From positions 1-34,625 of the IMG/VR virus record IMGVR_UViG_3300005805_000250: a stretch of 34,625 bases of DNA. One strand, given 5' to 3'. The translations under genes were made by a program, and so were the position numbers. The stretch's first letter is position 1; every line of letters starts with the position of its first letter. The notes beneath the pieces are model-generated. The model did no database searches. It was not told the DNA's origin and saw nothing but the letters and a program-made list of their open reading frames with translations. Source of the DNA: a virus. Lineage: Duplodnaviria > Caudoviricetes. This document shows positions 20,401-28,920 of this stretch, piece after piece.

Positions 20401-22131
20401 GTAACCTGTTGAAACCCTTGAAAGAATACCTAAACTTGTTCCACCGTTTTTAAAATGTTGTTTAGCGATTCTTTCAAATGCTTTAGCATCAATCATTGGG
20501 ATACCAGTAGCAAGTTGTGAAGATAACTGCCTGGTAGGAATAATTAATTGGTCTTCAACAACGAAACCTGTTTTACCACCCTGTTTAATGATATCTATAA
20601 GTTCACGACGTTTTTTTGCAGTTGTATAATAAACAACATCAGCGTGTGTTTTAACATTATCTGCAGAAACACCTGGAAGGTCACGTAAAAATTGTGATTT
20701 TTCTGCTTCTGTTAATTTAACATTCAAACCATACTTTTCACCAATATCTCTTAATGCTTCCTTTTCGATAGCATCAACGGCTTCTTGGCGTGTTAAATCA
20801 TCAGCAGCGTCACCATACTTTTTCAATAAAAGACGTTTCTTGGTTGCTCCCTCAACACCTTTCCAAGCAGAAATAGTTCCCATCCAAGCAACTATTTCAC
20901 CAGAAGAACCAGTTGAATCAACACCTTTAGTTTTTATCCAACCTGAAGGAACTTCACTTCGAGCAAAACTAACAACTTTCATACCAAGACCATTAGGTCC
21001 TTTTGCTGGAAAATCTTGAACAAGTATATTGCTACGATTCTCAGCACGGATAGCACGACGTTTCTCTATTGAAGAGAACTTTGATGCACCAGTTCCAAGT
21101 ATTTCATTATAAGTTAAGTTAATTGCATTACGAATCTTTGGGTCTTCTAATGCAAGTGATTCAATTTCTTTTTCAAGTTTAAGTTTAATGTTTTGATTTT
21201 TAGCAAGCCAAGCATTAACATCGCCACCAGCCTCAACAACTGATTTCATTTGAATATTTAAAAGGTCTAACTCACCTGTTGCTCTATCTAACTGAGCACC
21301 ATACTTAGCAAAGTTAGGGCTTTTCCATATTAACTCTTTTGCTGCCTTATCACCAGTTGCTGCTTTCATAACTGTTCTAGCAACCTCAACGGCTGCTTCT
21401 TCAGCAGAACCATACTTTGCAATAAGTGCAGGATTATTAAATTGTGACACATTGATATCACTTAACACAGAAGCAAGAAGTTCTGGGTTAGAAGACTTTT
21501 GAGAAATACGATGTGTTATAAGTCTAGAAAAATCTGTGGTATCTTGTACAGCGTATCTTAAAAATGTGTCCCAACCATCACTACCAAAATCAGTTTTTGA
21601 ACCAAGTTTAGGGTCTAGTACACCTTCAAATTGTTTACCAAGTATTTTGCCGCCACCACGTGCAACAGATATACCTTTACCAAGTTTAGCAAGTGGGTCA
21701 GTGTACCAAGTTACAGCAATATCTGTTAAACCTGAAAGTATTCTTCCAGACATTTCATCAGAGAAAGCCTTCTTGCGTTGTGCAGCATCATAAATATCAA
21801 AAGAACCCTGGAACATAGTAGGACCAGATTCTTTACCAACTAATGCTGCCCCTTTTGCTGCAAGTTTAATTGGGGCAAAAAGAATATCACCAACAGAAGA
21901 ACCAGAAATGAAAGCCTGTCCTGGGCTTATATCTTTAGCGTACTGTCTGTAAGTGTCACCAACATCAGATAGTTGAAAACCGTCTTTATAAAGAGGATTA
22001 TCTTTATCTGTTAACAGTAAACCTGTGCTAATGCCGCGACCAATAGGTTTTGAAACCTTATTGTAATAGGTGGTAAAAGCATTACCTACTCCACGCGCAG
22101 TGTTGACTGCCCAATCTGAAATTAAACTCAT
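17485..22131 (-). CDS. Large putative internal virion/ejection protein (1548 aa)
   Basis: Size and helical composition fit podoviral core proteins; no catalytic motif recognised. Confidence 0.6.
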   Translation of the reverse strand: MSLISDWAVNTARGVGNAFTTYYNKVSKPIGRGISTGLLLTDKDNPLYKDGFQLSDVGDTYRQYAKDISPGQAFISGSSVGDILFAPIKLAAKGAALVGKESGPTMFQGSFDIYDAAQRKKAFSDEMSGRILSGLTDIAVTWYTDPLAKLGKGISVARGGGKILGKQFEGVLDPKLGSKTDFGSDGWDTFLRYAVQDTTDFSRLITHRISQKSSNPELLASVLSDINVSQFNNPALIAKYGSAEEAAVEVARTVMKAATGDKAAKELIWKSPNFAKYGAQLDRATGELDLLNIQMKSVVEAGGDVNAWLAKNQNIKLKLEKEIESLALEDPKIRNAINLTYNEILGTGASKFSSIEKRRAIRAENRSNILVQDFPAKGPNGLGMKVVSFARSEVPSGWIKTKGVDSTGSSGEIVAWMGTISAWKGVEGATKKRLLLKKYGDAADDLTRQEAVDAIEKEALRDIGEKYGLNVKLTEAEKSQFLRDLPGVSADNVKTHADVVYYTTAKKRRELIDIIKQGGKTGFVVEDQLIIPTRQLSSQLATGIPMIDAKAFERIAKQHFKNGGTSLGILSRVSTGYDMFNYIWKPSVLLRLGYTVRNVTEGSLRAMAYLGSASEYLKYVGLSFRDTIKDVRYRHITEKALIRQGSKEQGLAKNYASFAELKDMQSRSLIVARAEVNNVTNTLNAAKENLTKATLKSQKTAIKNDIKRLEVDLKNKSAIVDRMFKEAQDFDAKYARNVRVNKFSGAYNHDGLMINDAFTGDLGLYARNSSSAAKRTAVELQSQNAISKIQLDGTLTSKGFGKIDPPTYDATGKLIATPGRKKASPEYWNAAFVVHRQYRNDEVTRMLLAGNSVDEIVAAVKTNNKLRTDLLNSGQDASSAREWIARQEINVQSAFPDEALRKEMSKRELTMNEIRNTLQGRADLSPIHGEMFGLDDAKTVWQKYQEITARLFKRLGALPEDVMVRHPLYAAVYRKSMNELVDRKVAGYGKDAVRKGLSNNEFRNLEQTAHRMARKEMEATAYTINRYGGPTALMSYVSPFFAAYSNTMRTWGRLAYENPNVLGRANLIWSSPDRAGFTEKDPRSGDTWISLQLGEVMPDWLKKYTSNNTTMQFPKNSLNLMFQGEPWWSPGFGPIAQVPASAIVKNSPDINEQLSEQFGFYVPARGVLDAILPLGPTENTMDIIFSSQLRRMKSLMFGTKDKDYLNQLQGIYATERQRWREGKRADEPQFDEIRRKNDAMMTLRFVASLTLPFQPRFTSEYEPYIRMWNKYKAEGELNGKTPAQRFYEDYPDYFTLAYSGSSATTGMDFTTKAVYNAKTNRNLVSDVYQDNPYLIQLITNNGQVESEFDQAVYVWQIKNSPVPGSKESFRGQLDPLSEVKRQDVRAGWIEYNKLSNAINAQMEATGITSLNSAEGRPLAEMKQNAIKLISDKYPEWADDRMSFTIGKWKETLTGIDKILQNEKFIGSLPEDNKPAWAVMQDYMDSRDTLMLQLAQRKEQGMSGTISSDENADLQELWDNYVTTLKRNNTQFSSWYDRFLEADPLEPIR

Positions 22132-22286
22132 TGATTATATTCCGTTGTTATAATTCTTATGATTTCGTCGTGGTCTTCATCACTTAATGAAGGTATATGC
22201 ACAAGTCCCCAACCAAGTCCTGCATTGTCGTTGCCTAGTGCTTTTAAATATTTTCCAAAATTATTAGCCCAGCGTGGAGTTTCCAT
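22128..22286 (-). CDS. Small hypothetical protein (52 aa)
   Basis: Hand translation METPRWANNFGKYL...EYNQ; AGGAG RBS; ATGA overlap with the next gene. Confidence 0.7.
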   Translation of the reverse strand: METPRWANNFGKYLKALGNDNAGLGWGLVHIPSLSDEDHDEIIRIITTEYNQ

Positions 22287-22793
22287 TTACATCTCCTGTG
22301 AAGGTGATATTGGTTCCTGTGTGGGTGCTATCTGTCCAGGTTGTCCTTTAAGATATTTAACAAACGTTCTTAAAGATTCTGGTGCATCTTCCGAATTTGC
22401 TGCACGTTCAATCATTGGTAAGTAGTTAGATAGTTTTTGCAAATCTTGTTTTTGTGGCGAATCAACATCACCTGTTCCAAGGTTTAAACCAATATCTGCA
22501 GGACCAGGACCTTCACCGAAAGGCATACCTGTTTCAGGTGTTTCGTTAGGTCTTTGAGTTTCAGCAGTAAGAGGAAGAGTACCTGCACCAACAGATTGTG
22601 CATTAACATTCACTTTAGGAATGTTAGTTGGTTGTCCTTGCAATTTTGCCCCTTGTTGTTGTTCCATTAACGCTTTACCCTCACCGTATTTTGTTGAGTT
22701 CATCTCACGAATAGGTTGAGTTGTTCTTTTAGAAATGTTTTTATCAACACGTTTAGCAAACTTGCCTGTACCAGAAACTTTTTCTACAGCCAT
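22287..22793 (-). CDS. Hypothetical virion protein
   Basis: 168 aa, coupled to the portal stop codon (TAATG). Confidence 0.65.
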   Translation of the reverse strand: MAVEKVSGTGKFAKRVDKNISKRTTQPIREMNSTKYGEGKALMEQQQGAKLQGQPTNIPKVNVNAQSVGAGTLPLTAETQRPNETPETGMPFGEGPGPADIGLNLGTGDVDSPQKQDLQKLSNYLPMIERAANSEDAPESLRTFVKYLKGQPGQIAPTQEPISPSQEM

Positions 22794-24538
22794 TATTGAC
22801 CTGCTAGTTGTGAAAGTAACGTTCCAATATCAGGTGTGCCCTGTGGTGCTGGTGCAGAAGGACCCCCTGGAGGCGCTTCAACTGGTGCAACAGGGACAGG
22901 TTGCTCGCCAGGAGCAGTCATCTCAGCAGGGGGAACTTGTGGTGCTGCAGGAGCAGGTGCTGGTGCGAAAACCTTTTTAACAGCGTCTTCGATTTGTACA
23001 CCTTTTTGTCGCTCTTTGATTACTTCAGCAATGTTCATAACTAATGAACTTGGGTCTTGTCCCTGTGCAGATAACTGTGGTATTGCTTGAGCAAGCGCAG
23101 CCATAGAAGCATTTAAGTTGTCACGCATTTTTTGTATATCAATTGATTGTTGTTCTCCACCAACATTCATTGACCAAGGTAGTTCACGCATAACGAAATC
23201 GCGTGATATTAAATCAGCACCTAGTGCTTGTAATGAGAAGATTAGTGCACGGCTTGGGTCAAGTCCTGACATTAAACCGTAACGTACTTGAACAGAATAG
23301 TCACCGCGAATATCTTTACGTGGTGAATATGTTATTTCGTAGCGTGCACCACCAGATGTGGCAACAACACTTTTTTCTGAAGGAAACATTTTTTCATCCA
23401 TTTTAAGACATAATTTAATAACGTCTTCAAAAACGTCTGACAAAATTTGTTGACCAGTTTTAACCTGGGTGTCAAATGCGCCCAGTAAGGCTTGCACACC
23501 TTGCCCTGTTACAACGCTGGCATTAATAACACCAGAACGTCCTTCAGGGTAACGTGCACCGATACGCATTTCACGTTGTAAGATTTCTGCTTCTTGAAAC
23601 GCAGCAGGTGGAACCTCTAAGCCTACACGGCGAATGTTCTGCGGTTGAGCAGTTCTTAATATTGCATCAGGACCAAACGCAAATTCTTGTACATCATTTG
23701 GTACAGCAAGTGGAGCGTTGATTGATTTTTCGGCAGCGTCCATTGCTAACTGTGCAAATCTTGCACGAGCGATTTGAACCCATAGCACGTCATCAAATTG
23801 ACCGCGTGGTTCTTCATCAACTCCAGGTCTTTGAGCAACACGTACCATCACTTCACCCATTGGGTTTTCAGCGCTGGTAAGAACTAGATTACCTCTGTGA
23901 GGTAAATATAAAACAATAACATTTTTGTCTTCATAACGAATCATTTCTAATTCTGAATAAAGGTCAACTTCATCCATTGGGTATCCGTTAAGGATTTGTC
24001 TTTCAAATTCTGGGAACTCTGTTATTAGTTCAGCAATTGTTTTAATATAACGTTTAGTGTAAGAAACCACACGACCATAACGGTCAAACTCTGGGTATGC
24101 ACCAAGTGGGTTTTCTACACGGATACGTGGAAGATTGTTTTCCCAATCGGCTTCAATAATAATAGGTAGGAAACCATAGGTACCATACCAGTCAGCACCT
24201 TGATACATTTGGGTTTGTAGACGTGAATGTTGAACATAGTTGTTAACAACAAGACCTCTGATGTCAGCAGATTTTTTTGCACGGTCAGATGAAGTATCTG
24301 TTGTTGTGCAGTTAAAAGAAGGTAGTGGTGCTAGTACTTCGGAAACGTCTCTTGCTGCTACGTCAACGAAGTTTGCAATCATAGCCTTAGTTGCACCTTC
24401 GGGGAACATTTCTGGAAATACGTTTACAAGGTTGCCCCTGCGTACTTCAAGAATGTCTGCCATTCTGGCGTCACGGTTTTGGTTTCGGCGTTTTAATGCT
24501 TCAACTTTGACCGCTATTTGTGTAATATTAAGAGCCAC
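22793..24538 (-). CDS. Portal protein (head-tail connector)
   Basis: 581 aa directly after the terminase; Pro/Ala-rich tail; AAGGA RBS with GTG start. Confidence 0.85.
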   Translation of the reverse strand: MALNITQIAVKVEALKRRNQNRDARMADILEVRRGNLVNVFPEMFPEGATKAMIANFVDVAARDVSEVLAPLPSFNCTTTDTSSDRAKKSADIRGLVVNNYVQHSRLQTQMYQGADWYGTYGFLPIIIEADWENNLPRIRVENPLGAYPEFDRYGRVVSYTKRYIKTIAELITEFPEFERQILNGYPMDEVDLYSELEMIRYEDKNVIVLYLPHRGNLVLTSAENPMGEVMVRVAQRPGVDEEPRGQFDDVLWVQIARARFAQLAMDAAEKSINAPLAVPNDVQEFAFGPDAILRTAQPQNIRRVGLEVPPAAFQEAEILQREMRIGARYPEGRSGVINASVVTGQGVQALLGAFDTQVKTGQQILSDVFEDVIKLCLKMDEKMFPSEKSVVATSGGARYEITYSPRKDIRGDYSVQVRYGLMSGLDPSRALIFSLQALGADLISRDFVMRELPWSMNVGGEQQSIDIQKMRDNLNASMAALAQAIPQLSAQGQDPSSLVMNIAEVIKERQKGVQIEDAVKKVFAPAPAPAAPQVPPAEMTAPGEQPVPVAPVEAPPGGPSAPAPQGTPDIGTLLSQLAGQ

Positions 24539-24546
24539 TAAATTCC

Positions 24547-26448
24547 TTAGTTGTAGAACATCTCGGATTGTTGTTCAGCGTATGCTTCATCTAAATCAAC
24601 AACTTGCCTTGTGTTTAATTGTTTCATCGAATGCCAACGACTTGTTGTGTAGCGTTGGGTATAATTTTTTCTTTCTAACCATTCACGGATAACTAACTCT
24701 GTGAACCATAAAGCCATAACCATATCTGAAGCCTGTTTCTTTTTCATATCAGGTTTCCAAATAATCAACTGGTTAATAAGAGCCTTCATACCTTCACTGC
24801 GTTCAGTGGAGGGAAGATGAATCAAATTTGAGTTTTTTTCGAACTTTCCTTCTCGTACAATCCCAAAGAGTGGAGCCATAGATGCAACACCGAAGTCAAC
24901 GTCCCATTTGTTATTTCCAGTGAAATGCTCACGAAATTGGATTCCCCTTGAAGATAGAAAGTCTCGTATCGCTTCGTCTTTCGTGAGGAAGAGTTGGAAG
25001 GCATTTTTCTCCGCTACAACAACATTGGGTTGATATTTTAAAGTCCATTCCTCAATCAGTTCCCTGATTTTGGCTGGGGTTGGTTCAGTCATATTTATTG
25101 CGTCAAGAAGGTAACGCTGATTAGTTTCAACATCTGCTGCCACAATCACTGCTGCGGTTGCACCAGCCATAGCAGGGTCAATGCCCATAACAATGCGAAA
25201 GTTTCCACCATTAGGGTGCCCTGGTGCTTTGAAACTTAACGGACCAATTTTTCTCATACCGTTAACACAACCAGTTATTGCAAGTGGTGGGAAAATGGAA
25301 TCATCTTCAACGTCTTGTTGCTGATAAACCATTGCCCAAGTTGAGGGGGTGACTTCTGAACGTCTGTTAAAGAGCGTTGGACCATCCCACTTTTGGTATA
25401 ATCCATCAGAATCAGGTGTGGTGTCTTCGTCGCCGTCCCAAGGTCTATCGGAACGCGCCCATAAAGTCACCCAGTCTTTGGGGTCTTCGTGTGTTTCTAA
25501 AACCGCTGGCATAGCCAAATAGGTGAAAGGTGATTTACCACCAGACCAATGCTCAGGGTTACGAAGTTCGCGGTACAAGTCATTAGAAGCAATACGGGTA
25601 CCAACAATTAAAAGTTTACCGTTCTTACCAAGACGTGTGATTACTTCTTGCTGCAACCATTTGATTTGCTTTTCCCACTCGTGGGCGTTAGCACCAGTGA
25701 TGCAGTCATCAAGAATAATTAAATCGGCGCGGGCACCATAAATCTGACCACCCATACCAAGTGCTTGAAGGGTAGGGTCCTTCTCAGAAGAATCCCTAGT
25801 CTCAGCACCCAAATACACGGTGTCAGTTTTCCAAGTATCAGCATCATCTTTCCAACCACCATCAGGACCATAAGTCTTTTGCAACTTAGACCACCTAGGG
25901 TGGGACAGTCTTTGCTTAATAGCATAAACGAACTCGCGTGCCTTATACAAAGTCTTAGACACAATGATGATACGAACATTCGGGTCAAGAGCAATACGGT
26001 ACGTCGAATAGTTAACTGTGATAGTGGTTGACTTGGCGTGCTCAGGGGGAATATTAATCAACACACGGTTACGGGTAGCAGGTTCATAAACCATACTATC
26101 GTGAACCCAAGCAGGCTCACCCTTCTCAAGAAGGGAAATGAAATTCTGCTGATGAGGGAAAACCTTCATCTCAAGATAGTCTTGAGAAAAGTCCTCAAAC
26201 GAAAGATTAAACTTATCGGCGGTATCAGAACCAGCCCTAACATTATCCCTTTTAACCTTAGCATCATCAAGGTCAGACCTAAACTGGTCATCAGACTTAA
26301 CCCAATACTTAACCGTATCAGCCTTAACCCCAGCAACCTCAGAGGCGGCGTTAACAGTCATACCATTAGCAATAGCCGTTAAAAAATTTTTTTTCTTCTT
26401 GGCTGACTCACCTTTAAGATGGTGAGATAAACCTGACTTGGCAGCCAT
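24547..26448 (-). CDS. terL: Terminase large subunit with N-terminal HTH-like domain
   Basis: PPEHAKS Walker A, GARADLIILDD Walker B, VGTR, YQQ, and GIDPA and DMVMA nuclease motifs. Confidence 0.93.
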   Translation of the reverse strand: MAAKSGLSHHLKGESAKKKKNFLTAIANGMTVNAASEVAGVKADTVKYWVKSDDQFRSDLDDAKVKRDNVRAGSDTADKFNLSFEDFSQDYLEMKVFPHQQNFISLLEKGEPAWVHDSMVYEPATRNRVLINIPPEHAKSTTITVNYSTYRIALDPNVRIIIVSKTLYKAREFVYAIKQRLSHPRWSKLQKTYGPDGGWKDDADTWKTDTVYLGAETRDSSEKDPTLQALGMGGQIYGARADLIILDDCITGANAHEWEKQIKWLQQEVITRLGKNGKLLIVGTRIASNDLYRELRNPEHWSGGKSPFTYLAMPAVLETHEDPKDWVTLWARSDRPWDGDEDTTPDSDGLYQKWDGPTLFNRRSEVTPSTWAMVYQQQDVEDDSIFPPLAITGCVNGMRKIGPLSFKAPGHPNGGNFRIVMGIDPAMAGATAAVIVAADVETNQRYLLDAINMTEPTPAKIRELIEEWTLKYQPNVVVAEKNAFQLFLTKDEAIRDFLSSRGIQFREHFTGNNKWDVDFGVASMAPLFGIVREGKFEKNSNLIHLPSTERSEGMKALINQLIIWKPDMKKKQASDMVMALWFTELVIREWLERKNYTQRYTTSRWHSMKQLNTRQVVDLDEAYAEQQSEMFYN

Positions 26449-26866
26449 TTCGCGCCCCTTTTAAAAATCATATTATGTGATTGCGACTAGGTTGGGTGGT
26501 ACTGGAACCCAACCAGTGTAGTATAATACTACCCTATAATATTATATTAGGATATAGTGTTGGCTGGTTGGCTTTAATACCAGCCAACGTACAAAAACCC
26601 TTACACTATGACTAAGGCGTTACCAAACACAATGGTAACAGAAAAAACCAAACTATTTTTAAAGAAACACGTTTCCGCAGGTCAGAAACCTACAGCGACC
26701 CATCACCAAATAACCCAGAAAAATATAAGATGGGAGTGAACATATGTAGGGGTCGTCGTTTATTAACAATGGGGGGTCTTTTTTTTGCCAGATTGTAGGA
26801 AAATTGGGCTTGGTTTGGTGTTTGTAATGCGTGAATAGGTGTGACTTGTGATTATCTGCTGAGGGC

Positions 26867-26900
26867 AAAAGTATTGCCCCCCACTTGTGAGGTGAGGGGC
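26867..26900 (-). terminator. Intrinsic terminator after the leftward small gene
   Basis: Minus strand GCCCCTCAC-N7-GTGGGGGGC followed by AATACTTTT. Confidence 0.6.
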
Positions 26901-26919
26901 GTGTACCCGTTGGGGTATT

Positions 26920-27156
26920 TTAATTCTTGCTATCTGAAATTGTTTGTCTCATTATTCTTTCCTCAACTATTTTAGCGAAGTTGTCGTATGACTCTGAAGC
27001 GTCGCCGTCTTGGTTATTGAACCAAACTACGAGATTTCCGAACATTACATATTGTCCGAAAGTTGCAACTACCAAAGCACACGGGGCACTTTCGTATACT
27101 GGGAAAGTTCCGATTGTTTGTCCTTCTTCGTTCTTTACTATTAGTTGGTGTTTCAT
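26920..27156 (-). CDS. Hypothetical leftward early protein (78 aa)
   Basis: AAATGGAGAA RBS like other early genes; has its own terminator. Confidence 0.7.
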   Translation of the reverse strand: MKHQLIVKNEEGQTIGTFPVYESAPCALVVATFGQYVMFGNLVVWFNNQDGDASESYDNFAKIVEERIMRQTISDSKN

Positions 27157-27227
27157 TTGTTCTTCTCCATTTGTGAGGCGTTTGCCTCTTAAAATAATCG
27201 TCTCACTTTTTTTGTCTTTTGTCTACG

Positions 27228-27237
27228 CGACACGCCG
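27228..27237 (-). promoter_or_regulatory. Possible WhiA-type GACAC box next to a leftward promoter
   Basis: CGACACGCCG; on the minus strand it precedes TAGACA-N17-GACGAT (weak -10). Confidence 0.35.
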
Positions 27238-27256
27238 TGCGCGTTACACTTTTTAG

Positions 27257-27311
27257 TTATCCACAACTTGTCCACAACTTTGTCCACAGGCTGTGGATAA
27301 CCTGTGGAAGC
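27257..27311. promoter_or_regulatory. DnaA-box cluster 1
   Basis: TTATCCACA 27257, TTGTCCACA 27268 and 27280, inverted TGTGGATAA 27292, degenerate copy 27303. Confidence 0.85.
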
Positions 27312-27322
27312 GTTGATCAAAA

Positions 27323-27535
27323 TGTCCGTTTTGTCCGTTATGTCCGAATTTTCGCAACAAACTAAAGGAGTTTTCAACACAAACTTTTTTCACCACAAAC
27401 GGACATTTCGGATTTGTCGGATTTGTCCGATTTGTCCGAATTTTCGCAACAAACGAGGCTTCGCAACAAACTTTTTTTCAACACAAACTAATGTCCGTTT
27501 TGTCCGATTTTTCGGCACAAACTTTTCGCAACAAA
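27323..27535 (+). repeat. Array of TGTCCG (9-bp period) and TTTTCRNNACAAA repeats
   Basis: Eight 13-mers between 27349 and 27535; exact 22-bp duplication at 27341 and 27433. Confidence 0.9.
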
Positions 27536-27537
27536 AC

Positions 27538-27580
27538 TTATCCACAGGTTATGCACAGGTTGTGGATAACTTGTGAATTG
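27538..27580. promoter_or_regulatory. DnaA-box cluster 2
   Basis: TTATCCACA 27538, TTATGCACA 27549, inverted TGTGGATAA 27561, degenerate copy 27572. Confidence 0.85.
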
Positions 27581-27613
27581 TTGTTCATCTAAAATTAACC
27601 TAAAAAAAATCAA

Positions 27614-27649
27614 AATATCCTTCCCTTTTATCGGGTTTGGCATTAGTAT
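27614..27649 (+). promoter_or_regulatory. Early promoter P1 (weak -35)
   Basis: AATATCC-TTCCCT-N17-TAGTAT; aligns with P2 and P3. Confidence 0.55.
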
Positions 27650-27704
27650 GGAGATACTCCAAAAGGTGGAGAGTACCCGAAAGGGTACAAGAAATGAGGA
27701 AGAA

Positions 27705-28382
27705 ATGAAACTAGAACAAAAGCAAGAGAAGGCAAGAAAAGAACTACAAGAAATAAAAGCAATAGAAACAAGACAGCAAGAAGTGTTAGCGTTGTTCGTA
27801 GCGTTTGATGCCTCAGAAGTTAAGGTGCAAGAAGCACTTATGAACTTCAAGAAGTCTGAGACAGTTGTCGAGTCTTGTCTCGCCTTTCGTGTTGCTTGTG
27901 TTGCCGTTGTGGAAGCCTTGAAAGAAAAGGTTTTCACTTCTCAAAAGGAAGTAGCCGACGAACTAGGCTACGACAAAAACAAAATGTCTCGTATCGTGAA
28001 ATGTGGAAAGGTATTTCAGAAGTTCACTTCTGAAGAATTAGCCGAACACGATTTCAACGAGTTAGACATCAAGGCACTTAGTCACGACGAACCAAAAGCG
28101 ATAACCGAACTTTTGGCAGATGGTGAACTCGAGGAAGTTCAAGAGACACAAGCCGAGGCGAAAGCGAAAGCACCTTCTAAGAAGTTCGAGAAGGCTGTCG
28201 AAACAGTAATTCAGTTACTCGCTGAAACTTCTCTAACTTCTGCCGATAGGTTCGACGCTTTCAAGCGTATCGAAACGCAAGCAGGGCAACACTTGAAAGA
28301 TGAAATGCGTGGACATATGTCAGCAAGAGTTCAAGCATATCTTCAAGTGACACAAGGCAAGAAGGTAAAAGCAAACGCCTAA
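27705..28382 (+). CDS. First early protein, coiled coil plus HTH (225 aa)
   Basis: Start reassigned to ATG 27705 after GAGGA; SQKEVADELGYDKNKMSRIV is HTH-like. Confidence 0.7.
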   Translation: MKLEQKQEKARKELQEIKAIETRQQEVLALFVAFDASEVKVQEALMNFKKSETVVESCLAFRVACVAVVEALKEKVFTSQKEVADELGYDKNKMSRIVKCGKVFQKFTSEELAEHDFNELDIKALSHDEPKAITELLADGELEEVQETQAEAKAKAPSKKFEKAVETVIQLLAETSLTSADRFDAFKRIETQAGQHLKDEMRGHMSARVQAYLQVTQGKKVKANA

Positions 28383-28393
28383 CCGATAGGAAG

Positions 28394-28425
28394 AAATCCC
28401 CTGAGAAATCGGGGGATTTTTTCTT
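28394..28425 (+). terminator. Rho-independent terminator
   Basis: AAATCCCCTGA-GAAA-TCGGGGGATTT followed by TTTCTT. Confidence 0.85.
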
Positions 28426-28433
28426 GCCCGAAA

Positions 28434-28528
28434 TGTCCGATTTTCGCCACAAACTTTTCGACACAAACAGTTCTAGTGCCTTAATGCGCCAATGCGTCGT
28501 TTCGCCACAAACTTTTTTTCGGCACAAA
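28434..28528 (+). repeat. Second block of TGTCCG and TTTTCGNNACAAA repeats
   Basis: 13-mers at 28441, 28455, 28499 and 28516. Confidence 0.85.
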
Positions 28529-28567
28529 TGCTTGGGTTCGCCGTAGTAGTGCATTAGTGCGTTGTTT

Positions 28568-28608
28568 GGTCAAATATCATTGACCTATGCGTTAAATTGT
28601 AGTAAAAT
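28568..28608 (+). promoter_or_regulatory. Early promoter P2
   Basis: TTGACC(28580)-N17-TAAAAT(28603); inverted repeat GGTCAA-N6-TTGACC overlaps the -35. Confidence 0.8.
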
Positions 28609-28658
28609 GGTAGTTAAGAGTTAAGAAGTACCCGAACGGGTACAGAGATGAGGAGAAT

Positions 28659-28835
28659 ATGACAAAGAAAGATTACGAACTGATTGCTGATGTAATCAAG
28701 AACCTTGATGAGGTTATTGACGAAACAGCGTTTGCTGTGCTGGTTGTTAGGTTGGCTGGTGCGTTGGCTGGTGATAACCCTAGGTTTGACGGGGTTAAGT
28801 TTGCTAAGGCGTGTGGTGTCAATGTCGCAATCTGA
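28659..28835 (+). CDS. Small phage protein (58 aa)
   Basis: Hand translation MTKKDYELIADVI...DNPRFDGVKFAKACG, a pattern I recognise from other phages; GAGGAG RBS. Confidence 0.8.
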   Translation: MTKKDYELIADVIKNLDEVIDETAFAVLVVRLAGALAGDNPRFDGVKFAKACGVNVAI

Positions 28836-28920
28836 CACTATCCATTTGGGTGATTGCCAGAATGGGTGCGAGAAGTGCAAGGCTAATTGTGGTTGTGAGG
28901 TGTGCCGTGAAGAAGTATAA
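28822..28920 (+). CDS. Cys-rich peptide (32 aa)
   Basis: MSQSDTIHLGDCQNGCEKCKANCGCEVCREEV; overlaps both neighbours; weak RBS. Confidence 0.5.
   Translation: MSQSDTIHLGDCQNGCEKCKANCGCEVCREEV

Noticed and set aside
17485-22131. N4-like virion RNA polymerase using the palindromes as hairpin promoters
   Set aside because: Much shorter than N4 vRNAP and no polymerase motifs recognised; host-type promoters are present.
27573-27704. ORF-track N-terminal extension of the first early gene
   Set aside because: Spans promoter P1 and the palindrome; the RBS points to ATG 27705.
26927-27937. ORFs 26927-27256, 27189-27380, 27304-27576 and 27488-27937
   Set aside because: Translations of repeats, DnaA boxes or the antisense of real genes; no RBS.
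28705-28906. ORF-track starts at 28705 and 28811
   Set aside because: Better explained by three coupled short genes starting at 28659, 28822 and 28907.
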